Both the position numbers and the translations under genes were made by a program. The notes under the pieces were generated by a model that had not been told where the DNA came from, did no database searches, and saw nothing but the letters and a program-made list of their open reading frames with translations. A stretch of 63,813 nt of DNA, counting the filler, from Thraustochytrium aureum (Eukaryota), in the NCBI GenBank assembly GCA_012862495.1. It is 7 parts of 4 records of this genome, joined end to end, with 100 filler letters (N's around TTAATTAATTAA, not from the genome) between each part and the next. Parts side by side here need not be neighbours in the genome. Positions count along the whole stretch, not along the records: positions 15,621 to 23,605 come from BLSG01000257.1; positions 23,706 to 44,748 come from BLSG01000257.1; 5 more parts are not named here. One strand, given 5' to 3'. Shown piece by piece: positions 20,801 to 32,628 of the stretch (within the stretch, counting starts at the first letter, position 1; each line of letters begins with the position of its first letter).

Positions 20801-22245
20801 TCTTGGCGGCTGGTGCGCAGCCAAATCCCGTCTCCAGCGATGAGGCTGGGCAGAGCGCCAATGGCTGTTTCGGGACGAGTTCCGTCCGGGCGACGTCGCG
20901 CGCGCTTTTGGATGCTGTGGATACCGCAACGTTTGGGCAAATGCTGGCCCTGCGCTTTGTTGAGCTCTGGGACACGGCCTGGGGGCACGAATGGCTCTTC
21001 GAACTCGCCAAGACGCTTTTGCTTGGCCACGTTCACAAGTGCTCCGACCAGCGCACTCGCGCATTGCAAGCGCTTTGCGTCGTTCTGCAAAAGGCCCACG
21101 CTTTCTCCACGGAGGAGGTGCTGCTGCTTGAGGACGCGCTCATGGGCTCAGACCTGGCCTCGTTCAAGGACGCCACGATGGATCGCTATTACTTGGAGCT
21201 TGCGCTAGCGAGCATCGCGTTGGCAGAGCCGGAGGAGGTCTTGCCGAGGTTTTTGGCGCCGCTCGAGGCCGCCGCGGCTGGCGTGGAAAAGGAGCTCTCC
21301 TTGATCCCCGCGGTTTGCTCGGTCGTTCTTGCGCTCGAGCGGGACGCGGCGCCCGGCTCGGCTGGTCTGAGCCCTGCCTTGCGGCGGCGAGTTGCGACGG
21401 CCATGCTGCCGTACCTTGCAAGCATGTCTGTTGCAGGGCGCGAAGTTGCGCAGTGGGCCGTGCAGCGGTACCACGGCGCCGAGGAGCGGGCCCGCGACCC
21501 GCGCATTGCCTGCGTTCTGACGTACCTGGAGACTGCGGCCGTGGCCAAACGCTCGCGCGAGCGGATTACGACGCGGCTGGAAAACTACCTGCCTGCCAGC
21601 AGGTGCTGTGCCGCATACATGTTCCAGCACTCTGTGGAGAGCGACCCGTTCGCCAGCCAGCTCGCTACCTGGTTCAGCTCGCCCCTGGCGCTCTGCTCGG
21701 CGCGCAGGCTCACGGAACGAGTTGATGCTGCATTGCTGCAGCCAGCTGAGGACGAGCGTCCCCGCGCGCACCACGCCGTCGTACTGGCGAGCTTGGTGGC
21801 CAAGGTCTTTAACGGGGCTGGGTTGATCAGGACCTGCGACTTGTTCTCGCTTGAGGAACTTGTGCTCGGCCGCTCGTTTGCTCGAGACCGCGACTTTTTC
21901 GACACGTCCTGCTCCGCAGAGCAATGGATGCCCACGTCGCAAGTTGGGCTGCAGGAGGTCCCGGCATTCATCGCTTCGAAAAAGGCCGCCGGGTACCGGA
22001 TCATAGCGCTTGAACAGTCCTCGAACAGCGTCTGCATCACCAAGCACAGGTTTCCCGCGGACGGCAAAGTGGTTTTCCTCCTTGGGACGGAGAAGGAGGG
22101 AGTCGCCCCGCATCTCTTGCAGCTCGTGGATGACTGCATCGAAATTCCGCAGTTTGGGGTCACGCGCTCGCTCAACGTGCACGCCAGTTGCACGCTGCTG
22201 CTCTGGGAGTTTGTCAAGCAGCGCGCGCGCCTCCAGCCAGTGTAA
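17896..22245 (+). CDS. TRM3: tRNA (guanosine-18 2'-O)-methyltransferase Trm3/TARBP1-like: long helical N-terminus plus SpoU domain; gapped, with an intron and frameshifts
   Basis: C-terminal VLASLVAKVFNGAGLIRTC, SAEQWMP, GYRIIALEQ, LLGTEKEGV, CIEIPQFGVTRSLNVH. Upstream Leu/Ala-rich frames 18127.. and 18635.. join via a phase-compatible intron at about 18663-18783. Frameshifts near 18150 and 20295. Linking the upstream frames to this gene is inference. Confidence 0.85.
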
Positions 22246-22303
22246 TTTTTTCTTTCGTTTCCCTCTCTCAACATGGCGCACCGCGTCCGCCGCGCGACAT
22301 TGT

Positions 22304-23413
22304 CTAGTTATCTACAGCCGCTGTTTCGTGCGGGCGGGCGCAGGCCCGCGCCTCGAGCGCTTGGCGCACGGCGTTCCCGCCGTCACAAATGTTGTCCAAT
22401 TCGAGGAGGTTGACGAACGGGTACCGGCCCTCGCCCAGGGCCTCGGCGACCATCGCGTTTATGCCCGAGCGCGAATTGTCGAGAATCGTCGAGGAGCCCA
22501 AGAGCGTGCCGAGCGCAATCGCGTCCGGCCCGTACTGCCAGTGTGCTTGCGCCATGCTGAGCCCCGAGGTCCATGCTGCCGTGGTTACCGCGGCAAGGTA
22601 CCTCTTGAAGCGCTGCAACGGGACGCTACGCGTCTTCGGATCGTAGCAAACATATCGCGCAAAGGGCGAGGACCTAGCACGCAGCGATCGGCTGGCCAAG
22701 TTCNNNNNNNNNNNNNNNNNNNNNNNNNNNNNNNNNNNNNNNNNNNNNNNNNNNNNNNNNNNNNNNNNNNNNNNNNNNNNNNNNNNNNNNNNNNNNNNNN
22801 NNNNNNNNNNNNNNNNNNNNNNNNNNNNGCTCGGGTCGTAGTTTTCCTCCACGTGCTCCACGACTGCTACGACTGGGCCTAGGCTGTGCGCCTCCTGAAA
22901 TGTAATGTTTGCAAGGTCCGCCGCGTCCTCCAGAATCGGGACCCCTAGGCCTTTCAAAATGCCGAGCGCGCGCGCCTTGGCGTTGTCGCCCGAAAAATGG
23001 CTCATGTAGAGCAAGACAAGCTGCCCTTCGTTTGACACGGACCACCGCTGCACGTCGGCGACGGCGTCGCTCAGGAGCTTTGGCAGCGGGACGATGCCGT
23101 GGTGCATAATCACGCGCCCCTCGCTGTCCACTTTCGCGCGAACATCAAGCGCCCTCGCACCGCACTCGAGCAGTTTTTCAAACCCGCCGTCGGGCTGCGT
23201 CTTTGTGAAAGCCACAAGCTCCTTTTGTCCAACCACTTCAGACGGAGCCAAGTACGTCGTGCCCGCATCATGCGCGATCACCATCGGCGTCTCGCGCAGC
23301 AGCAGCCCGTCCCTCGCGGCGCACGCCACGGCGGCCTTCGACTCGGTCTGGGCCACCACCACGGCAGTTGCCAAAACGGCGGCAACGCCAAACCATTTCG
23401 CGTTGCTCACCAT
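22304..23413 (-). CDS. Secreted PI-PLC X-domain (PLC-like phosphodiesterase) protein; internal gap
   Basis: Signal-like MVSNAKWFGVAAVLATAVVVA; VIAHDAGT, KTQ, LLECGARALDVR and MHHG (two catalytic His positions); QLVLLYMSH. Confidence 0.8.
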   Translation of the reverse strand: MVSNAKWFGVAAVLATAVVVAQTESKAAVACAARDGLLLRETPMVIAHDAGTTYLAPSEVVGQKELVAFTKTQPDGGFEKLLECGARALDVRAKVDSEGRVIMHHGIVPLPKLLSDAVADVQRWSVSNEGQLVLLYMSHFSGDNAKARALGILKGLGVPILEDAADLANITFQEAHSLGPVVAVVEHVEENYDPSXXXXXXXXXXXXXXXXXXXXXXXXXXXXXXXXXXXXXXXXXXNLASRSLRARSSPFARYVCYDPKTRSVPLQRFKRYLAAVTTAAWTSGLSMAQAHWQYGPDAIALGTLLGSSTILDNSRSGINAMVAEALGEGRYPFVNLLELDNICDGGNAVRQALEARACARPHETAAVDN

Positions 23414-23605
23414 CGTGACAGCCGAGTACTTCGAGCCTCCTGCGCTGCACGGCCGCGCCACTCTGCCTCGCGTCGCGCCGGCCTGCTCCAACTCCAGCTT
23501 GCCGCAACGTGCCATCCCGGTCCCCAGCGGATCGTCTCGTCACAGCTCGTCCCGTAATGACGCGGGCTCGGTGTCTGGCGCCGTGCGAGCCGCGGCCTCG
23601 TCACG

Positions 23606-23705
23606 NNNNNNNNNNNNNNNNNNNNNNNNNNNNNNNNNNNNNNNNNNNNTTAATTAATTAANNNNNNNNNNNNNNNNNNNNNNNNNNNNNNNNNNNNNNN
23701 NNNNN
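23606..23705. other. Artificial scaffold-joining spacer
   Basis: TTAATTAATTAA at 23650-23661 flanked by N runs. Confidence 0.97.
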
Positions 23706-24142
23706 ATACCATTCTACGACTGCCGTCCGTGGGATCGACGAGTGCGCCGGCCACCCGCTGCGCAGAGCGAGTGGAGACGACCCTCGTGCACCTCGCTCCA
23801 GCGAGCATCCACGACCTCGCCCCGCTCGCCCTGACCCGCCCGCGCCGCTTGCTTGCCGTCCGCGTGGGGTCCGGCCAGGCCCGGAGTCGGTCGAGCCCCG
23901 AGGAGGCAGGCGGCCGTTTCCGCTCCGCCCAACGGTCGCGTCTCGCGCGCAGCGTCTGGCAAGCGCCTCGCTCGGGCTCTGCTGCTGCTGCCGCTGCGTC
24001 CGGGATGTTTTCGGTCGATCGGAGGCCTCTTTCGATCGCTTCGCGTGAATCGACCGGGGTCTGCTGCCTGCAACTCGCAAAGCTCCACAGCGGCCGCTTG
24101 GGCTGCGTGCTGTTCTGCCTCCTCTCTCTCTCCCCAGAACGC

Positions 24143-24300
24143 AAAAAAGAAAAAAATAGAAAGAAAAATAGAACGAAAATAGGAAAAAATAGAAAAACAG
24201 AAAAAAATAGAAAAAGAAAAAAGACAAGAAAATAAACCAAGAACAGCAGAGAAACAATCCAAGAACAACAGAATTCAGAAGAAAAGCAGAGAAGGGCAGA
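24143..24300. repeat. A-rich low-complexity tract (AAAAATAG-like units)
   Basis: Strongly A-biased stretch in an otherwise GC-rich sequence. Confidence 0.85.
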
Positions 24301-24607
24301 GGAGAGCGCCTTGCCTCGTCTTTCTCTCTTCTGCGCCTTCTCCTCTGTGGCGCCTCGGAGCTCGCGCGCCGATCATTGCGGCGGTCATTCCTGCACTGTG
24401 AGGGCGCCCAGCGCAAGCGCCCCGATGGGGAGCGAGAAAGGGGGATGCAGGGAGGGCGATGGGCTCGATCGCGGCGGAGTCTGAGGGGAGACTGGGTCCC
24501 TCCCTGCTGCTCTCGGCCCCGCTGCGGCTGCCTCCCTCTTTCATTCACTTCTGTTTTTCTTTCCCCTGTCTGCCGCTGGTCTGCGCGCGTATGTGAGGGT
24601 GGATCTT

Positions 24608-24609
24608 TG

Positions 24610-24641
<32 letters not shown>

Positions 24642-24642
24642 C
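24608..24642. repeat. (GCCT)n microsatellite
   Basis: About 8 perfect copies. Confidence 0.95.
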
Positions 24643-26992
24643 ACGTGGGCCGTTGGCTCCCCAGTGGGCCTCGCTGGCTCGTTCTTTCACGAGCGGGCCG
24701 GCCGCCTCTCTGGCGTTCTTCCCCTCTCCGTGGGAGGGCGCAGTTTTTCCCCTCCTGCTGCGCCCGGACGGATTGGGTCGTAGAGGGCGCCGCGACAAAG
24801 ACAAAAACCAGTCACGCCCGCCTCCAGAGCCAGCGACGACTGTGAGCGTGTGAGCGGTGGGTGAGAGGGGAAATTGCAGTTCAGACAAGTAGAGTACTCG
24901 TACTACTGGAAGCGAATTGCAATGCGAAGGTCGTTGTTGTTGCAGGGGTTTGAATGTTTGTGAGGCGGCTGCGGAGGTCTGAGGGGGAAAGTAGGCGGAA
25001 ACAGTGCGCTGGCTGGGACAGCTCCGCGAGGAGGGGCCGAAAGCCAGCCGACTCAACTGTCAGAGGGCGATGCATCCCCTCCTACGGCGCATGAGAGACC
25101 GGCGACAGCACCTTTTCCTCCTCCGAAGCCTCCTGNNNNNNNNNNNNNNNNNNNNNNNNNNNNNNNNNNNNNNNNNNNNNNNNNNNNNNNNNNNNNNNNN
25201 NNNNNNNNNNNNNNNNNNNNNNNNNNNNNNNNNNNNNNNNNNNNNNNNNNNNNNNNNNNNNNNNNNNNNNNNNNNNNNNNNNNNNNNNNNNNNNNNNNNN
25301 NNNNNNNNNNNNNNNNNNNNNNNNNNNNNNNNNNNNNNNNNNNNNNNNNNNNNNNNNNNNNNNNNNNNNNNNNNNNNNNNNNNNNNNNNNNNNNNNNNNN
25401 NNNNNNNNNNNNNNNNNNNNNNNNNNNNNNNNNNNNNNNNNNNNNNNNNNNNNNNNNNNNNNNNNNNNNNNNNNNNNNNNNNNNNNNNNNNNNNNNNNNN
25501 NNNNNNNNNNNNNNNNNNNNNNNNNNNNNNNNNNNNNNNNNNNNNNNNNNNNNNNNNNNNNNNNNNNNNNNNNNNNNNNNNNNNNNNNNNNNNNNNNNNN
25601 NNNNNNNNNNNNNNNNNNNNNNNNNNNNNNNNNNNNNNNNNNNNNNNNNNNNNNNNNNNNNNNNNNNNNNNNNNNNNNNNNNNNNNNNNNNNNNNNNNNN
25701 NNNNNNNNNNNNNNNNNNNNNNNNNNNNNNNNNNNNNNNNNNNNNNNNNNNNNNNNNNNNNNNNNNNNNNNNNNNNNNNNNNNNNNNNNNNNNNNNNNNN
25801 NNNNNNNNNNNNNNNNNNNNNNNNNNNNNNNNNNNNNNNNNNNNNNNNNNNNNNNNNNNNNNNNNNNNNNNNNNNNNNNNNNNNNNNNNNNNNNNNNNNN
25901 NNNNNNNNNNNNNNNNNNNNNNNNNNNNNNNNNNNNNNNNNNNNNNNNNNNNNNNNNNNNNNNNNNNNNNNNNNNNNNNNNNNNNNNNNNNNNNNNNNNN
26001 NNNNNNNNNNNNNNNNNNNNNNNNNNNNNNNNNNNNNNNNNNNNNNNNNNNNNNNNNNNNNNNNNNNNNNNNNNNNNNNNNNNNNNNNNNNCACTTTTAC
26101 GGTTCGTTTTGCTGTGAGGGCCAGACGCTTCACCGACTCGGAACTGGGTTTTGCTTTTGCCTTTTGCTCGGCGTCCCATGCACCGGCATGTGGCCGACCC
26201 CACGACAGTACCGGTACGGGTACGCACGTGGCTTTTGTTGGCCGAGGCTCTGAGAGCGCAAATCGTCCCACCAGTCCCAGCGCTGGACAACATTCCAGCG
26301 ATAGTACTCTTGTAGCTCAAGAGCATCCAATAGGCATCGAATACCGAAATTCAGGTACAAGTCAATAGAAGTCAAGAGTACGTCAACGGATCTCTTGCCC
26401 TGCCCCTCACAGGCAGAGAGAGCATCGTCGACGATGCGCTGGGCTGGGTGTTGAAGGGGTGTCGTCAACCAGCGGCTTTCGCGCGAGCTCCTGTGGATCG
26501 TTGCTAGTACTTTCACTGTGTAAGGACTTATCGCGCCTGCCGGCTTGCGCGCGGGTTTGCCGGCCGCGACATCCGCAGCTTGACGCGGTTGCAACCTCGA
26601 TGGCGACAAACGAGGTTGTTTGTAAACACGTAGTTGTTGTTTTTGGCCGGGCGCGTTGGCGCCTCTTCGGGAGGGCTCGGGCGCGGAGGAGCCCGGGCTC
26701 TAGTGCCGTTTTGGGTTCCAACCCGCGCCCCCGACGACGGAATTCCCACCCAAACCACAACTTCACAAAAAGGCCGCCCGCCCAGCCGCCGACTAGGAAT
26801 GAATGTGAGAACTCCCTTCAGAACAATTTGCGTTCTACTCTCTTGTGCGCGCGGCAAGCCAAACAAACACCATACGCGGGGCGCGCCGCCTGCGACGACC
26901 GCCAGCCTGCCCTGCGACTGTCGCCCTGCCAGCGCCTGCCGGCCTGCCTGGTGCCCGCCAGCCAGGCCAGACCGCGGTCAAGCCCGCCTGCG

Positions 26993-28384
26993 ATGAACTC
27001 AGCAGCTGTGATAAGCCTCTCCAGCCGCGAGGTCGGCGCCAATGCGTCTCCAAAGCCCTCATGTTCAGCCCAACGACTAACCGCTCTGCCTTCAGTCGGC
27101 CACCTGCCCCACTCGACCGCGGGGAGTTCCACAAGATGCTCGCCGCGCAAGCTGCTCCCGCCTCAGATGGCCACCGAGCGCGGCAAGTTGACCGTCGCCT
27201 TTGGCCTGGAGGAAACGCTCCTCTACGTGCGCTCCAGCGGGGAAGGTCCGGCCCCGGAGGAGGCCGGCGTCGAGCTGCCAGATGGGACGCTCGCGTACGT
27301 GACAAAGCGGCCGGGCCTGGACGAGTTCCTCGCCGCGGCAGCAGAGCAATTCGAGCTCGTCATATTCACCAAGCGCTCCCAAGCGTTCGCAGACCCGCTC
27401 GTTGACTGGATCGACCCGCACAGGCAGCTCTTTCGCCATCNNNNNNNNNNNNNNNNNNNNNNNNNNNNNNNNNNNNNNNNNNNNNNNNNNNNNNNNNNNN
27501 NNNNNNNNNNNNNNNNNNNNNNNNNNNNNNNNNNNNNNNNNNNNNNNNNNNNNNNNNNNNNNNNNNNNNNNNNNNNNNNNNNNNNNNNNNNNNNNNNNNN
27601 NNNNNNNNNNNNNNNNNNNNNNNNNNNNNNNNNNNNNNNNNNNNNNNNNNNNNNNNNNNNNNNNNNNNNNNNNNNNNNNNNNNNNNNNNNNNNNNNNNNN
27701 NNNNNNNNNNNNNNNNNNNNNNNNNNNNNNNNNNNNNNNNNNNNNNNNNNNNNNNNNNNNNNNNNNNNNNNNNNNNNNNNNNNNNNNNNNNNNNNNNNNN
27801 NNNNNNNNNNNNNNNNNNNNNNNNNNNNNNNNNNNNNNNNNNNNNNNNNNNNNNNNNNNNNNNNNNNNNNNNNNNNNNNNNNNNNNNNNNNNNNNNNNNN
27901 NNNNNNNNNNNNNNNNNNNNNNNNNNNNNNNNNNNNNNNNNNNNNNNNNNNNNNNNNNNNNNNNNNNNNNNNNNNNNNNNNNNNNNNNNNNNNNNNNNNN
28001 NNNNNNNNNNNNNNNNNNNNNNNNNNNNNNNNTGACTCCAAAGCGCGCAGTCTGCTCCAACAGCCTGACAACGGCATCCCCATGCAGCCCTTTCAGGCCG
28101 CGAAAGACCCGCAGGACCGATCGCTCGCTGTCCTGCTCAAGTACCTCAAAAAATTGGACGCGAACGAGGACGTGCGCCACGACATCAACAAAAGATTCAA
28201 GCTGAGCGAAACCCTCGCCGCTGAGCGGGAGCAGCTACTCTCTGTCGCGCCAGCATCGCCACTTGCGCTCGACTCGCCGCGAGTCAGCGCAATCGCCTCG
28301 GCAAGGAATCCTGCCGCCCTCCCCAACCCAAATTCTGCTTCGGCGTCCACTACAAAGCTCCCGACTTGTCTCCCAAGGCCATGA
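26993..28384 (+). CDS. FCP1/SCP (NIF) domain protein, CTDSPL2-like, probably catalytically inactive; gapped
   Basis: KLTVAFGLEETL, YVTKRPGLDEFL...FELVIFT...FADPLVDWIDP..LFRH, then QPDNGIP, D..L..LL.YL, DVRHDINKRFKL. Start uncertain. Confidence 0.85.
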   Translation: MNSAAVISLSSREVGANASPKPSCSAQRLTALPSVGHLPHSTAGSSTRCSPRKLLPPQMATERGKLTVAFGLEETLLYVRSSGEGPAPEEAGVELPDGTLAYVTKRPGLDEFLAAAAEQFELVIFTKRSQAFADPLVDWIDPHRQLFRHXXXXXXXXXXXXXXXXXXXXXXXXXXXXXXXXXXXXXXXXXXXXXXXXXXXXXXXXXXXXXXXXXXXXXXXXXXXXXXXXXXXXXXXXXXXXXXXXXXXXXXXXXXXXXXXXXXXXXXXXXXXXXXXXXXXXXXXXXXXXXXXXXXXXXXXXXXXXXXXXXXXXXXXXXXXXXXXXXXXXXXXXXXXXXXXXXXXXXXDSKARSLLQQPDNGIPMQPFQAAKDPQDRSLAVLLKYLKKLDANEDVRHDINKRFKLSETLAAEREQLLSVAPASPLALDSPRVSAIASARNPAALPNPNSASASTTKLPTCLPRP

Positions 28385-28534
28385 GCTCTTCCTCGTCCAC
28401 GATCAGCAGCGCGGCAGAGAGAGATCAAAGTCCCTCTCAAGTCCTCCAGCTTGGCAAGTATGGGCTCGACGCTCATTCTCCATTTCAAACAGGGCTTGGG
28501 GCCCACGCTCTGATGGCTTTCGAGCCCAGCGACC

Positions 28535-31500
28535 CTACCTATTTTCATGTACAATTTGCGAGCGGCTTGGCTCGGGCCCGCCAAGCGCCCAGAGACCGCG
28601 CCTCATGCGCGCGATGTCCTCGGCGCCAACCTCGCGCACAAAAGAACGATTTTCTAACTCCACTTCAGCCTCACTTGGGTCCTGCCACACGGGCACCACC
28701 GCGCACCCGTTGCTCTCCAACTCGAGCTGCGCCTCTCCAGCGCTACGAGAAGATGGCGAAGAGGGCCGCTGCGCACCGGCGTCCAGTCGTGCATACCGCG
28801 AGGCGGCCACGGCACTAGCCCATGCGTCCCACGCCCGCTTCGTGCAAACCGTTCGCCAATACAGAGCAGCAGCGGCCTCGCGCTCCGCGGCTTGGCGCTC
28901 GCTCCGCGCCAGAGCAGCCCCAGTTCCCCAGGCGGCGAGCATCCGTTGCAAGAGGCGAAATTCGCGCACAAACTGTCCGTGGCCAGCGCCTCCGACGCGC
29001 TCTTCCCACATGCGCTCTCTGCGAGCAAACACAGACACGAGCAGCCGCCGACGCTCGTGGACGACAGTCCACTGCCGTAGCGCTTGCCGCAGCAAATGCC
29101 TTCGCCTGAAGCGAGCAACCGCGAGCCTCTTGACGCCACGCTGGCGAGCCCACCGGCGCCATCGTCCCCACAGGCTTCGCGGGCCGCGCAGCGCTTGGGC
29201 GCGCCATTGCGCTGCGTTTGCAGCCCAAGTCTGGAGCGTGCGGCGCAGCAGGCGCTCCCGAAAGAGAATCTCGCCGAGCTCTTTGCGCGCGGCCCCACGA
29301 ATTGCGCAGCGCGACCACCTTGTCCACAGCGCCNNNNNNNNNNNNNNNNNNNNNNNNNNNNNNNNNNNNNNNNNNNNNNNNNNNNNNNNNNNNNNNNNNN
29401 NNNNNNNNNNNNNNNNNNNNNNNNNNNNNNNNNNNNNNNNNNNNNNNNNNNNNNNNNNNNNNNNNNNNNNNNNNNNNNNNNNNNNNNNNNNNNNNNNNNN
29501 NNNNNNNNNNNNNNNNNNNNNNNNNNNNNNNNNNNNNNNNNNNNNNNNNNNNNNNNNNNNNNNNNNNNNNNNNNNNNNNNNNNNNNNNNNNNNNNNNNNN
29601 NNNNNNNNNNNNNNNNNNNNNNNNNNNNNNNNNNNNNNNNNNNNNNNNNNNNNNNNNNNNNNNNNNNNNNNNNNNNNNNNNNNNNNNNNNNNNNNNNNNN
29701 NNNNNNNNNNNNNNNNNNNNNNNNNNNNNNNNNNNNNNNNNNNNNNNNNNNNNNNNNNNNNNNNNNNNNNNNNNNNNNNNNNNNNNNNNNNNNNNNNNNN
29801 NNNNNNNNNNNNNNNNNNNNNNNNNNNNNNNNNNNNNNNNNNNNNNNNNNNNNNNNNNNNNNNNNNNNNNNNNNNNNNNNNNNNNNNNNNNNNNNNNNNN
29901 NNNNNNNNNNNNNNNNNNNNNNNNNNNNNNNNNNNNNNNNNNNNNNNNNNNNNNNNNNNNNNNNNNNNNNNNNNNNNNNNNNNNNNNNNNNNNNNNNNNN
30001 NNNNNNNNNNNNNNNNNNNNNNNNNNNNNNNNNNNNNNNNNNNNNNNNNNNNNNNNNNNNNNNNNNNNNNNNNNNNNNNNNNNNNNNNNNNNNNNNNNNN
30101 NNNNNNNNNNNNNNNNNNNNNNNNNNNNNNNNNNNNNNNNNNNNNNNNNNNNNNNNNNNNNNNNNNNNNNNNNNNNNNNNNNNNNNNNNNNNNNNNNNNN
30201 NNNNNNNNNNNNNNNNNNNNNNNNNNNNNNNNNNNNNNNNNNNNNNNNNNNNCGGACCAGCCACGACCGCTCCTCACAATGCCGACGGCGTCCAGATTGA
30301 TCCGCGCATGGCAAGCCAGAGCGCGCCAAGCTATGGAGATGCGCAGCTTTGCAGCCAACTCTCGGAGCAGGCCAAGCTTAAAGTCGCTCCCTTCCCACAC
30401 ATTGGCGCCTTGCGCCTCGACTGTGTCAGCCGGCGAAGCGAACGAGCGCGTCGAGTCGTTGTGGTAGCCGCTCAAGAGCGCGGACGCGGCCTTCTGTGAC
30501 TGCCACGCGCGCCGATTCCAGGACTTTGCAGCAGCAACGCCGCCAAGAAAGGCCGGCTGTCTCAGCGGCGCGGCTTTGTCCGCCGTAGCCTCGCGAGCTC
30601 CTTGCACCGGCTTGCCCGCAAAGCGCGCGACGAGCTCCTGGCGGGCGAGTTCGTCTAGCACACTGGCAAGCTCGACGCGAAGTGCCACAGCAGCTTCGAT
30701 AGCCGCCAGCTCGCGTTTCCGCAGCGTTTCGCGGATCGCTCGAAAACTTGCCACAATTTGGCTCTTGATGCGGTCCGCGCGCGCAGCCCACCAAGCCGAA
30801 AGGCCTGCGAACGGCATCGGCCGGGTCGGCGTTTTCGCAAGCGTTATTATCAGCACGGAGCGCGTCGCTCGCAGCATGCCGAGGTTGCTCAACGACGGCA
30901 TTGGGCTGTGCTGGTGAGGCCTTCACCCATTCGGCAGCGACGGTGTCCTGAAGAGCGCCAAGAGCTGTGCGAGCGCCAAGAGCTGTGCGAGAACCAGGCG
31001 CAGCGTGTAAACCGAGTGCAGCGCGAGCCCCTCGGCCAACTACCTTTCCAGGGAGATACTTTGGCGTCCGTTGGCGGGGTGATTTGGACGGGTCGGTTTG
31101 CGTCGCAGCCGTCACCTGTTCGGTTGCTTTGGCCCTGAGTTTCTCACGAGCCTCCGCCTTAAGTATGCTCTGCTCACGCTCTGCGTTCGCGCGTTGGCGC
31201 TCTGCTTTTTGGGCGCGTTGGCGCTCTGCCTGCTCTGCCTCCACTGCACGATTTGCGGCGAATCGCCTGGCCAGGCCAGGGCGATACGGCAGGGGCGGTT
31301 GCCGCAGTGCTGCAGCCCGGCTGCCGGCTGCTGCATCGCCGACCCGCGACGTTGTTCCATGGGTCACTTGCCGGGCGTGCTGCGCGACCCAGGGGACGAA
31401 GTCTGCCGACCTCCTCGCAAGCCGCTCGCGATGCAGCATCGCGGCCTTTCGCCAGCGCGGCTTTGGATTTGGCGGCGCCGGTGGTTGCGCCTGTTTCGTT

Positions 31501-31925
31501 GACGTTGAAGCGTACTCTTCGGCGTCGAATTCTGCGCCAAGTTGGCTGCACTGCAACGCTGGTCCGCCAGTGCGGATGCTGCACGGCCCTGTTGACGCCG
31601 CCTCCGCGGCACTCGCGCGCCCCGCCGTCTGCGGCGACCTCGGCCTTTGCTTCGCAAGCTGCACGGCCCGCGTCATCCTCGATACCTCTTCCTGGCCGCA
31701 CTCCGCCACATCTCGTTCCCACGACGTCTCTGCCAGCTCCTCCTCCCCATCGTCAAGCACCACCGGCTCAACCGCCAGAACAGCCTCAAGCTCGTCGTCA
31801 GCGTCCTCCCAACCACGTGCCCCGCCTCGGACCACATGCAGGTGCTCTCTGCGCAGCATTCCTTCATCTCCAGCGACCCCATCCGCCAACCCACCTCGCA
31901 AACCGCCGGCCGGTGCGACCTCCAT
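28535..31925 (-). CDS. Large protein with Sfi1-like (centrin-binding) Trp repeats; gapped, with a frame change near 30900
   Basis: AVARFRRRHLLRQALRQW, FRERLLRRTLQTW, FRLLQRMLAAW and AALYWRTVCTKRAWDAW resemble the Sfi1 consensus A-x7-LL-x3-F/L-x2-W. Joining frame 30426..31946 as the N-terminus is inference. Confidence 0.55.
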
Positions 31926-32047
31926 CGCCCCAACTCCGACCTCCACCCGCAGCCATTAACCCGCCGCCAGCGCAGCCCGCCCGGCTGTCAACCCGCGGCA
32001 GCCCCGCGACGGGCTTTCACGTACTGGCTGGGTGGGCTTTGCGATAC

Positions 32048-32122
32048 GCTTCCGCGCACGAACTGCGGGCCTGCTAGGGGCTTCCGCGCGCGAACTGCGG
32101 GCCTGCTAGGGGCTTCCGCGCA
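32048..32122. repeat. 32-bp tandem repeat, about 2.3 copies (CTTCCGCGCRCGAACTGCGGGCCTGCTAGGGG)
   Basis: Seen directly; lies between divergently oriented genes. Confidence 0.85.
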
Positions 32123-32628
32123 ATGGCCGCGACGAGCTTCTTTCGCGCGCTGGCCCGCGTCTCCTCGACGGGCTCCCGCGCGCTAGTTGCGGCTCTTCCG
32201 CGCACGNNNNNNNNNNNNNNNNNNNNNNNNNNNNNNNNNNNNNNNNNNNNNNNNNNNNNNNNNNNNNNNNNNNNNNNNNNNNNNNNNNNNNNNNNNNNNN
32301 NNNNNNNNNNNNNNNNNNNNNNNNNNNNNNNNNNNNNNNNNNNNNNNNNNNNNNNNNNNNNNNNNNNNNNNNNNNNNNNNNNNNNNNNNNNNNNNNNNNN
32401 NNNNNNNNNNNNNNNNNNNNNNNNNNNNNNNNNNNNNNNNNNNNNNNNNNNNNNNNNNNNNNNNNNNNNNNNNNNNNNNNNNNNNNNNNNNNNNNNNNNN
32501 NNNNNNNNNNNNNNNNNNNNNNNNNNNNNNNNNNNNNNNNNNNNNNNNNNNNNNNNNNNNNNNNNNNNNNNNNNNNNNNNNNNNNNNNNNNNNNNNNNNN
32601 NNNNNNNNNNNNNNNNNNNNNNNNNNNG

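Noticed and set aside
23650..24644. Phe-rich membrane-protein-like ORFs
   Set aside because: Products of translating the A/T-rich low-complexity tract.
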